Of a stretch of 64,000 nt of DNA, positions 56,446-64,000 are shown piece after piece; within the stretch, counting starts at the first letter, position 1, and each line of letters begins with the position of its first letter. The translations under genes were made by a program, and so were the position numbers. This stretch comes from a virus (taxonomy: Duplodnaviria > Heunggongvirae > Uroviricota > Caudoviricetes), in IMG/VR virus record IMGVR_UViG_3300037524_001291. One strand, written 5' to 3'. The notes under the pieces were generated by a model. That model searched no databases. It was not told where the DNA came from and saw only the letters and a list, made by a program, of their open reading frames with translations.

Positions 56446-57599
56446 CCACTTTCATAAGCATCTGATATTTTACTATCCATGCCAGGAATTCTAATTAGAC
56501 CTAAAGTTGTTTTATAAGCTCCTTGAATAGAGTCTTCCACAGTGTTCACATAGTAAGTACCAGCACTATGATGTAGTTTTCCATCAGGTCTTATAGGTAT
56601 TACGTTTATATAGTCCATAGGGTAGATATCAGGGTCTCCAACTATCTCCATTTGTGCTGTTATTTTGGCTAGAGAATTTCCTATCCATTGGTTTTGTATA
56701 AGGTTATTAAATTCTGGTACACTAGTAGCACCGAGAAATTGTGTATTATCAGGATAATTTTTACCTAAGTTAGGGTCATTTTTAAATAGTGTAAATTGGT
56801 TAGTTTCTCTATCTACGTATCCAGCTTGAACTTTAAGAGATGCATATACTGTACCAGAGTATTGAGGGGCAAATGAAAGAACACTTCCGTAGTTACCACC
56901 ATTGATTACAAAATTAAAATCTTTTTTAGAGATTTTAATTTTAGTTACATCAATTTCTACAAGTCTAACATGTACAGAGTCATTTCTGGTATAATGAAGA
57001 AACCCCAAAGAATTTTTATTTTTAAAAGCTTTAGGTACTAGATCTTGTTGTATGGCTTCTATAGCTGTTTTATTACTTATATAGATACTTTTTCCTTCAT
57101 ATATATCAGATGTTACAAAAGGTTCAGCAAGTTTCCATCCTTCAGCTTCACAAATAGCTTTTATAATATTTGATATTCTTTTCCCATAGTCACTAAGATA
57201 GTAAGTTTTGTTAATATAATTTCCATAAGAGATGTCACTAAATCCAGTAAGAGTAAAGTTAGCATTTAGATTAGTTAAAAAATTAGGTGTATAATCCCGT
57301 ATAGTACCAGCGAACCAAGGTGACCTAGAACCTTCAGCGTGACCATACTGAAAATAGATAGGTTTAGCTCCATTTGATCCTAATGTAGAGTCTAATATTC
57401 TTTGTTCCATACCGTAATCCATTACATCAGATATAACTATAGTAAAACTACCTCTTCCTCTATAAGCTGTTTTAGAGAAGGAAAAGCTTTTTATAAAATT
57501 AGGAGTTTGTGCTTCATAAGTAACACCACCTAATTTTAGTTTTATATAAGAGCATTGAGGTACTTTAGGGTTATACAGAGATATTCCCGAATCTGCCAT
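56430..57599 (-). CDS. Tail protein (gpD/XkdQ-like, late control D family position)
   Basis: A 389-aa ORF lies immediately after the LysM-like genes, as in PBSX-type contractile-tail modules. The call rests on position and size. Confidence 0.4.
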   Translation of the reverse strand: MADSGISLYNPKVPQCSYIKLKLGGVTYEAQTPNFIKSFSFSKTAYRGRGSFTIVISDVMDYGMEQRILDSTLGSNGAKPIYFQYGHAEGSRSPWFAGTIRDYTPNFLTNLNANFTLTGFSDISYGNYINKTYYLSDYGKRISNIIKAICEAEGWKLAEPFVTSDIYEGKSIYISNKTAIEAIQQDLVPKAFKNKNSLGFLHYTRNDSVHVRLVEIDVTKIKISKKDFNFVINGGNYGSVLSFAPQYSGTVYASLKVQAGYVDRETNQFTLFKNDPNLGKNYPDNTQFLGATSVPEFNNLIQNQWIGNSLAKITAQMEIVGDPDIYPMDYINVIPIRPDGKLHHSAGTYYVNTVEDSIQGAYKTTLGLIRIPGMDSKISDAYESGWGQS

Positions 57600-57943
57600 T
57601 AACCTAAGACACCTCCCCCACCAAATATAGTAGATGTATTAGGTATAACAAGACTAGTACCAACAGGTATATTAGTAGGGTCTGCTATTTTATTTGCTTC
57701 TGCTATAACCCACCAAAGCTTTGAATTGTTATAATACATACTAGCGATTAAGTCTAACCTATTCTTATACTTAACCTCTACAACATACAAAAAATCAATA
57801 TCTGAAGTTGGAATTTCAAGAGCTTTAGGTAAGTCTATAAAGTACTTCTCTTCTAGGGCATCATAGTACATAAGAGATTTTGAGTAGCGTGAGTCCGAAG
57901 AATAGTAAGGTAAATTTTTAATTTGTTTAGTTTTAGTGAACAT
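57599..57943 (-). CDS. Small LysM-like protein
   Basis: The C-terminal 'WWVIAEANKIADPTNIPVGTSLVIP' is LysM-like. Confidence 0.45.
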   Translation of the reverse strand: MFTKTKQIKNLPYYSSDSRYSKSLMYYDALEEKYFIDLPKALEIPTSDIDFLYVVEVKYKNRLDLIASMYYNNSKLWWVIAEANKIADPTNIPVGTSLVIPNTSTIFGGGGVLG

Positions 57944-57966
57944 ATAACCCCTCCTTTATCCTGGCA

Positions 57967-58812
57967 TTATCCTGGAAACTGATAATACCTATTAACATCT
58001 CCTCCAGAGGCTATCTCATCAGCACTAAAGGATATACTTAAAATCTCGCTAAACTCCATAGAAACTGTAGCTGAAATATATCTCCCATTCCTAAGAGGTT
58101 TTTTCCATGAGACATTTACACTTGAGCAATAAGCTTTCATCATAAGAAATTCTCCTACCTTGATAAAACATCTCGGAGGTATAACTACACCACCCTGATA
58201 TCTAGGATATGTTAGGGCTTTGATTTGTGATACAAACATCACTATATCAGTATTTTGCATTTGAGGAGAGAACATACGTAAATAATCTTCATGTAAATCA
58301 ATAGAAAGATTAGTAGTTCGAGCTCCACCTCCAGAGAAAACAGCGAGAGGACTACTTCTACCATGAATATCCTCATTTTCAAAATTGGCAGTATGTGATT
58401 CTGAGATATCATCAGGAGACATTTTATAAAAATTAATAGATCTGGGAGGATTGAATGAAGTATTTACAATTGTTATCAAATTCTTCATACTAGCTCCCGA
58501 ATCTGTGAGAAATTTAGTTACAGCTGTAGATGGTATACCAGAAGGAGAAACTGGTATAGTTCTTGGAGGGTCTGTAGGAGTTGAGGGAAATCGTGCTGCT
58601 AGGGTTTCTTGTATTTTTGCTCTAGTTTGAGGTCCAACAATACCATCTACCGTAAGTGAGTTATCTGTTTGAAACTTACGAATAGCTGAATCAGTATAAG
58701 CACCTAACTGTCCATCAGCACCAGAAGGTCCGACACTATAACCTAATTTTATAAGGTCTTTTTGAACATCAACTACAGCATTTCCAGAAGAACCCAGTTT
58801 TAAATTACTCAT
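57967..58812 (-). CDS. Peptidoglycan-binding domain protein (XkdP-like position)
   Basis: The N-terminus 'GSSGNAVVDVQKDLIKLGYSVGPSGADGQLGAYTDSAIRKFQTDNSLTVDGIVGPQT' is a PG_binding_1-type domain. Confidence 0.55.
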   Translation of the reverse strand: MSNLKLGSSGNAVVDVQKDLIKLGYSVGPSGADGQLGAYTDSAIRKFQTDNSLTVDGIVGPQTRAKIQETLAARFPSTPTDPPRTIPVSPSGIPSTAVTKFLTDSGASMKNLITIVNTSFNPPRSINFYKMSPDDISESHTANFENEDIHGRSSPLAVFSGGGARTTNLSIDLHEDYLRMFSPQMQNTDIVMFVSQIKALTYPRYQGGVVIPPRCFIKVGEFLMMKAYCSSVNVSWKKPLRNGRYISATVSMEFSEILSISFSADEIASGGDVNRYYQFPG

Positions 58813-58829
58813 TATTTTTCACCTCAATC

Positions 58830-61800
58830 TTAAATATAATTCATGATGCTAGTGCTATTAGGTGAAACAGCTCTTTCAGGAGCGTAAGTAGGCTTATTTC
58901 CTGATAGAGTTTTTAGTAATTCATCTAACTTACTAACAATAACTTGAAGATTACTAACTACTTCCGTATTATCATTCTCAACATTTACATTTAGCCCACC
59001 ACTACCTAAGTTTCCACTAGCCGTTACACCAACATCACTAGATGCTTGATTTAATAAGTCTACAGCTCTATTACGATAACTAGGGTTTGTGGGTATTACA
59101 TATTCTTTATATTTAGGAGCATCTTCACCCATTAGAGCCATAGTAGGTTGATTGATACTACCACCCATAGCAAAAGAACCCCAAGGCTGACTGTTATAAT
59201 ATTTAAAGAAATTAACATCTCTATAATCTGGTTTTCCAGTTAAGGCTAAATATCTACTATAATAAGAACCTGTATTATAACCACTATAAGCACCTCTAAT
59301 AGGGTCTAGTCCTTTACTCATAGCCTGAGTATAAGCGTATTTTAGTACTTCCATACCATAATCAATGTTATACATCCAATCTGTTTTAACTTTTGGGAAT
59401 GCTTTTGGATGTGCTTTATCATTAATCTGCATGATACCCCAGTCAGCAGAATCAGGATTTCCACTTGAGAGGGGAGTTTTTCCATCACTTTGGAATTGTC
59501 TCATTTCGCTCTCTGTCCAAGCAGTAGCTAAAGCTAATTGTTCTGGTATACCCATCTCAGTGGCTTTCTTTTTAATATAAGCTATAATTTCTTTTTTACC
59601 TGAGCTGAGAGTACTACCAGCAATAATTGATGTTGGTTGTGTTGTTGACAATTCAGAGGGTAGAATTCCAGTTCTAATTGCTTCATTTACACTATTAAGT
59701 AATTCTATTGAAGATATTTTACCTTGTGACCACAGGTTTTTATAATAATCAGAAGCTTTTACAGAAGTATTATTAGCTAAAGCAGTATCGAAACTTCCAA
59801 TTGTTTTTTGCATATTATCAATTTTTTTCATTTGTGGGTCTGCTATAGAATCAGCACCTCCAGCATATGAAGGTAGTCCTTGTACAAAAGTATTATTAGA
59901 ATTCTTTTGACCTTTAACAGAAGTTTCAGCTTCAACAGGTTGACCCATAGAATTACGAAGCCAATTAGCTTGTGGGGCAGGTAGAACCATTTCTCCTTTA
60001 TGAAGTACAGCAGGAAAACCGTCACTAGGGACATTATTGATACCAGAAGCAAACCAAGTTGAAGGACTCCAAATAGATACACCTTCAACAGGTTTTATTG
60101 GTCCTTGAGCTCTTATCTGTTCTATAGGCATAGTACTAGCAGAAGTATCCTTCTCTTTCTTTTTATTCCAAAAATCATTGTACATTGTAATAGCCTTATC
60201 TAACCATTCTGTAGCTGTCTTGATAGGACCTATTATCCATGTATCCATAAACTCTGATAGGGATTTCCATACACCTTTTACAGTTCCAGCGAGTCCTTTA
60301 TCACCCAAGAAGCTAAATATACCATCAAAAGTTCCCTTAAATCCTTCTACAAAGCCTGAGGTGAAAGCTCCAATAGTCTCGAAAACTCCTAAGAACACTC
60401 CAGATAATCCTCCAAGTACTCCTTTAACATGTTCCCAAGCACCACTAAAATCTCCTTTTAATACTGAGGTTATTACACCAACAGTCTCAACTATTACATC
60501 AAAAGCTGATGTTATTACATCTAGAGCAGGAGCTAAACCTTTCAAAAGTCCATTAGCAATTCCAACTATTACACCTATAAGAAGAGCCCCTTTGGCTATA
60601 AAAGGTGATAAATAAGTTAAAACTACGATACCTAACCACTCACCAACAGGTTTTAGAACATCCCATAACTCTCCAGCAACAACTACAAGCTTTTCCCATA
60701 CTACCTTAAATTTTTCCCATGAAGGTCCTAACTGTTCCCCCAAAGATTTAAAAGTCTCAGAAAAAGTTTTAATAAGAGGTTCAAAAGCTTTAGTAATACT
60801 ACTCCATACAGAACTTAATTTATCTGTAATTTTTCCCATATTATCATAAAGTGCTCCAGTAAATTTCTCACCAAAAACACCTCCAGCAACACCTCCAAGT
60901 ATTCCCCCAATAGTTGTACCAATACCAGGAAGAATAGCAGTACCTAAAGCAGCACCAGCCATACCTCCAGCTAAACCACCTGCGAGACCTCCACCACCAG
61001 TAGCGGCAACTCTCCCACGTTGTTCAGGAGCGGCAGTAGCTACATTACTAGCCACAATACCAGCACCCAAAAGAGTCCCAATTATAGGTAATTTTCTAGC
61101 TACACCTCTTAGAATTCCTCCAGAAGCTCCAGCGACACCTCCTTCTGCAGCTCCAACACCACCACCAGCAACATTGGTAGGTGTTCCCCTAAACCATCTC
61201 CCCATACGAGAGAACATGCCACCAGAGGCTCTAGCACCTGCTCCAGCACCTTCTGAGGCATCTGCTCCAGCACCTCTATTAAACAAAGAAGTTTCTCCTA
61301 AAAATTTCTTTATTATAGAAGCACCAAGAACAGCAGTAATGATGGTAGATAGGGTTTCTCCATAATCCATACCAGTAGCACCTACTAAACTTTTACCAAA
61401 ATTACTTAGAGCATCACTAGCGTAAGTAGTATTTTTTACAAAGTTAGTTACTTGATCTTTAAGGGAAACATATACTTCATCCCTCATCATTCTATCTACT
61501 TCTTTACTAGCATTTGCTGTAGCATTAGTACCTTCTGCTAAATTTTTTTGTATATCTGTATCAAATTTTTTTGATTGGGATATTTGCCAATCAAGAGTAC
61601 TCATTGTTTTATTACCTTTATCATCTATAAACTCTTTAGTATTTTCCAAAACTTTCAAAGCTTCCTCAGTATCTTTAAAACCGAATGCACCAGAGTCTGC
61701 TAATTCCTTAAACATATTATATTTTGCACCAGTTTTATCACCTAACATCATATCCCTGCTAAACTTACCTTTTTCATCAACAGCACCAATCCTAGCACCA

Positions 61801-63089
61801 ATTTCATTTAAAAGAACTCCTTGAGCTTTTTGAGTCATTAAAGCGATATCAGTAGGGTTTAAGAGTTTTTGCAGATCAAATTCTTGTAGACTCATATTAG
61901 TTCCTTGAGATTTGTTAATAGCATTAAGTATTAGAGTAGTTTGTACTAAGTCTCCCTGTGTTGATAGGGCGGTGGTTCCTTCCTCATTAATCTTTTGCAT
62001 TAAAGCTTTATCTATACCCATAGCAGCGGCTTTTATAATCTTAGCGTTATTTTTTTGTAGTTCTTTTGAAGAAGATGAGATAACTTTAGTATTAAAAGCA
62101 AAAGTATCTGTATAGTCCATAATAGTAGCTTCACTGACCATAAATTCCTGTGAAGTTTTTCTTACTATAGCAGTTAGCTGATTCATCCCATTTTTTAAAG
62201 TATCAGCATCCTTACTTGTACTAAATATCATAGCCCACTCTCTAAAAAATCCAGATGAAGCATCAATATCAGGAAGTATCTTCTTAGCAACAGCAATAGC
62301 CTCAGCAGCACCTTGTACCTGATCAGCACTTCTTAAGGTCATGTCTAAAGCTTTACTTGTTGCCTCTACTAGATCATCAACAGATAATTTGTAACCAGTA
62401 CTAAGACCACCCTTAGACCAATTCTTAGCCATTTCAGCATTACCTTTAGCTATACTGTGCATATAATCTAAAGAACCACCTAAATCTCTTCCCATTCTAA
62501 GCATAATGTCTTTAAAGGGGGCATTAAACTTTTCATCTAGTTCATTACCTCTTGATAGGGCATCTTTTACTTCATTAAATACTGAGAGTAATCCAAGACC
62601 ACCTAAAAGTCCTCCACCAGAGGACATTCTTCCAGCCATGAATCCACCAAGACCCCCACCACCTCCACCCCCACCCCTATCTTCTCTATCTTCTGAAGGA
62701 GGTGTAGGAGGAGAAGGGGGAGGAGAAGGTGTAGGAGGGTTATTTCCTCCACCACCTCTTCCTCCACCAGAACCACCAACACCGTTTCTTTCTAGTCTTT
62801 GAATACTGGCTGTGAGGTGGTGTATACCTGTATTGAGCTGTGTTAGGGTATTCCTAATAATTGTATCTATTCCACCAGCTGATGTACTAGTTACAGCGTT
62901 ATTTCTAAGGTCTATAATACCACTTCTCATATCTTGGAAGAGGTTAGTATTATTTAGGTTTCCTAGAGCTCTTTCTATGTTATCGAGTCTAGAGTTCATA
63001 CCTCGATTTATTCTATTGTAGTCTTGTTGAGCGTTAGGTAAAACTCTACCTATAGTTGCTAAAACTTCTGCTTGGTTCTGTATACCCAA
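58830..63089 (-). CDS. Tail tape measure protein with a C-terminal soluble lytic transglycosylase (SLT) domain
   Basis: A 1419-aa ORF is largely helical with Gly/Pro low-complexity blocks ('GGSGGGRGGGGNNPPTPSPPPSPPTPP', 'GAGADASEGAGAGARASGG'). The C-terminal SLT motif is 'ATAWTESEMRQF...DWGIMQINDKAH'. Confidence 0.8.
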   Translation of the reverse strand: MGIQNQAEVLATIGRVLPNAQQDYNRINRGMNSRLDNIERALGNLNNTNLFQDMRSGIIDLRNNAVTSTSAGGIDTIIRNTLTQLNTGIHHLTASIQRLERNGVGGSGGGRGGGGNNPPTPSPPPSPPTPPSEDREDRGGGGGGGGLGGFMAGRMSSGGGLLGGLGLLSVFNEVKDALSRGNELDEKFNAPFKDIMLRMGRDLGGSLDYMHSIAKGNAEMAKNWSKGGLSTGYKLSVDDLVEATSKALDMTLRSADQVQGAAEAIAVAKKILPDIDASSGFFREWAMIFSTSKDADTLKNGMNQLTAIVRKTSQEFMVSEATIMDYTDTFAFNTKVISSSSKELQKNNAKIIKAAAMGIDKALMQKINEEGTTALSTQGDLVQTTLILNAINKSQGTNMSLQEFDLQKLLNPTDIALMTQKAQGVLLNEIGARIGAVDEKGKFSRDMMLGDKTGAKYNMFKELADSGAFGFKDTEEALKVLENTKEFIDDKGNKTMSTLDWQISQSKKFDTDIQKNLAEGTNATANASKEVDRMMRDEVYVSLKDQVTNFVKNTTYASDALSNFGKSLVGATGMDYGETLSTIITAVLGASIIKKFLGETSLFNRGAGADASEGAGAGARASGGMFSRMGRWFRGTPTNVAGGGVGAAEGGVAGASGGILRGVARKLPIIGTLLGAGIVASNVATAAPEQRGRVAATGGGGLAGGLAGGMAGAALGTAILPGIGTTIGGILGGVAGGVFGEKFTGALYDNMGKITDKLSSVWSSITKAFEPLIKTFSETFKSLGEQLGPSWEKFKVVWEKLVVVAGELWDVLKPVGEWLGIVVLTYLSPFIAKGALLIGVIVGIANGLLKGLAPALDVITSAFDVIVETVGVITSVLKGDFSGAWEHVKGVLGGLSGVFLGVFETIGAFTSGFVEGFKGTFDGIFSFLGDKGLAGTVKGVWKSLSEFMDTWIIGPIKTATEWLDKAITMYNDFWNKKKEKDTSASTMPIEQIRAQGPIKPVEGVSIWSPSTWFASGINNVPSDGFPAVLHKGEMVLPAPQANWLRNSMGQPVEAETSVKGQKNSNNTFVQGLPSYAGGADSIADPQMKKIDNMQKTIGSFDTALANNTSVKASDYYKNLWSQGKISSIELLNSVNEAIRTGILPSELSTTQPTSIIAGSTLSSGKKEIIAYIKKKATEMGIPEQLALATAWTESEMRQFQSDGKTPLSSGNPDSADWGIMQINDKAHPKAFPKVKTDWMYNIDYGMEVLKYAYTQAMSKGLDPIRGAYSGYNTGSYYSRYLALTGKPDYRDVNFFKYYNSQPWGSFAMGGSINQPTMALMGEDAPKYKEYVIPTNPSYRNRAVDLLNQASSDVGVTASGNLGSGGLNVNVENDNTEVVSNLQVIVSKLDELLKTLSGNKPTYAPERAVSPNSTSIMNYI

Positions 63090-63101
63090 AGTATTATCCC
63101 C

Positions 63102-63398
63102 CTATCTTCTTCTTTTAGTGGGTTTTGAATGGTTTGAGGTTTTTATTGAGTTTGTTTTTTTATTAGCTTCTTCCATTGCTTCTTTTTCTTCTGTCTTTCT
63201 TTTAAGAAGTCTGTTATACATTTCTTTTCTTTCGAAAATAGCCATACTTTCTGTATCTGACCATGATATACCTTTAATATAATAGGATATATCAAACTGT
63301 TCGTCATAGATAGTTTTAATCATATGGTATTGTAATCTTTGTCCTTCTTCAGTCCTCAAATCTGGTACGAAAAAATTCGTATGTGATAGGGAGCTCAA
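63102..63398 (-). CDS. Small ORF overlapping the upstream ORF in the +1 frame. Either a frameshift extension of it or a separate small gene.
   Basis: It overlaps 63349-63999 by 50 nt. There is no ATG at its 5' end (TTG at 63396-63398). An internal ATG is present (…YHMIKT…). It lies directly upstream of the tape measure gene. Confidence 0.4.
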   Translation of the reverse strand: MSSLSHTNFFVPDLRTEEGQRLQYHMIKTIYDEQFDISYYIKGISWSDTESMAIFERKEMYNRLLKRKTEEKEAMEEANKKTNSIKTSNHSKPTKRRR

Positions 63399-63999
63399 AC
63401 TTATGGTCAGCGTGACACTTAGGGCACTCTTCCATAATCTCCGTATCTATTCCGACCTTTAATTTATTCATTCTATTTTTCATATAAGAAGCATCCATAG
63501 AGGACATATTTTCTATAAAAGCTTGTAATTCTGAGGGTGATAGTTCTTTTCCATCTACACTATAAACATTAGCCATGAGTCTATAGATGTAAGACATATC
63601 TCCTTTTACCTCAGAGTATTTTTTATGAAATCTTCTAGATTTTACATCAGCTTCATTCAAGTCTTTAACTTTAGGTATTTTAAGTTCAATAACTTGTTTA
63701 CCCATAGGTAATTCAAAAGAATCGTAAGGGTCTTGAAAATCGTCAGGTAGATAATCTAGAGGTAGGCTATCCAGATTAATTTTATATTCTGGTGTAGCTC
63801 CACAACTAGGACATTTAACTGATACAAAGTAATCACTTCCATAGCTTATTACTCTAAGTTTTAAGAGTAGGAAGTGTTTATCAGGGGAAATAAGTTCCTC
63901 TAATACTAAATCTTTTGGTGACACGATACAATTTTTTAAAATTATGTCTAGTGCATCGGGAGTAGAACCCAATAGGGTTTTCTCATCTGAAGTAGTCAT
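63349..63999 (-). CDS. Zinc-ribbon protein, a positional candidate for a tail assembly chaperone
   Basis: A 216-aa ORF with two CxxC pairs ('CPSCGATPEY', 'CPKCHADHKF'). It is located two genes upstream of the tape measure protein. Confidence 0.35.
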   Translation of the reverse strand: MTTSDEKTLLGSTPDALDIILKNCIVSPKDLVLEELISPDKHFLLLKLRVISYGSDYFVSVKCPSCGATPEYKINLDSLPLDYLPDDFQDPYDSFELPMGKQVIELKIPKVKDLNEADVKSRRFHKKYSEVKGDMSYIYRLMANVYSVDGKELSPSELQAFIENMSSMDASYMKNRMNKLKVGIDTEIMEECPKCHADHKFELPITYEFFRTRFED

Positions 64000-64000
64000 G

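Overview
This window is most likely a 64-kb segment of an AT-rich (about 30% GC) tailed-phage or prophage genome. Every convincing gene lies on the minus strand, in one continuous leftward transcription polarity. The plus-strand ORFs in the track are antisense shadows of these genes. Reading in the direction of transcription (high to low coordinates), the layout is as follows. (1) A contractile-tail-type tail/baseplate module at 63999-53811: two overlapping small ORFs upstream of the tape measure, a 1419-aa tape measure protein with a C-terminal lytic transglycosylase domain, two peptidoglycan-binding/LysM-like proteins, a gpD/XkdQ-like protein, a gpV-like spike, a gp25/W-like wedge protein, and a baseplate J-like protein. 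(2) A 2016-aa baseplate-anchored fiber/adhesin at 53824-47774. It contains a tandem 1.5-kb internal duplication, BspA-type leucine-rich repeats, a DUF285-like block, and three C-terminal Listeria-Bacteroides (Flg_new) repeats. (3) Unknown structural proteins at 47693-44408, plus two paralogous hexapeptide beta-helix proteins at 44396-42798. (4) An LL-H-type holin candidate, then the class II ribonucleotide reductase NrdJ. (5) A long DNA-metabolism block at 39809-10216. It encodes a CHC2 zinc-finger protein, a family-A DNA polymerase, an XRE-family regulator, an SPFH/band-7 protein, a T5orf172/GIY-YIG-like protein, two DNA methyltransferases, an ATP-dependent ligase, a sigma factor, a clamp-loader delta-prime-like protein, an acidic-tailed protein, a RuvC-like protein, a RecA-superfamily ATPase, SbcC split into three ORFs, SbcD, a beta-clamp-like protein, a P-loop kinase, and an HAD phosphatase. 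These genes are punctuated by at least 7 copies of a conserved promoter-like motif ('TTTTTTACGTA' followed by 'TATA') and by several hairpin terminators. (6) A distal cassette of fiber-like proteins at 10154-5144, followed by a 1206-aa protein built from about 38 tandem 21-aa helical repeats at 5073-1453. (7) A catalytically intact IS200/IS605-family TnpB at 1453-290, whose start overlaps the repeat-protein stop in a TGATG stop-start, with no tnpA. Two ORF-free regions stand out: a 585-bp AT-rich region with three 21-bp direct repeats at exactly 259-bp spacing, and a 400-bp hairpin-rich region with locally elevated GC downstream of the polymerase gene.
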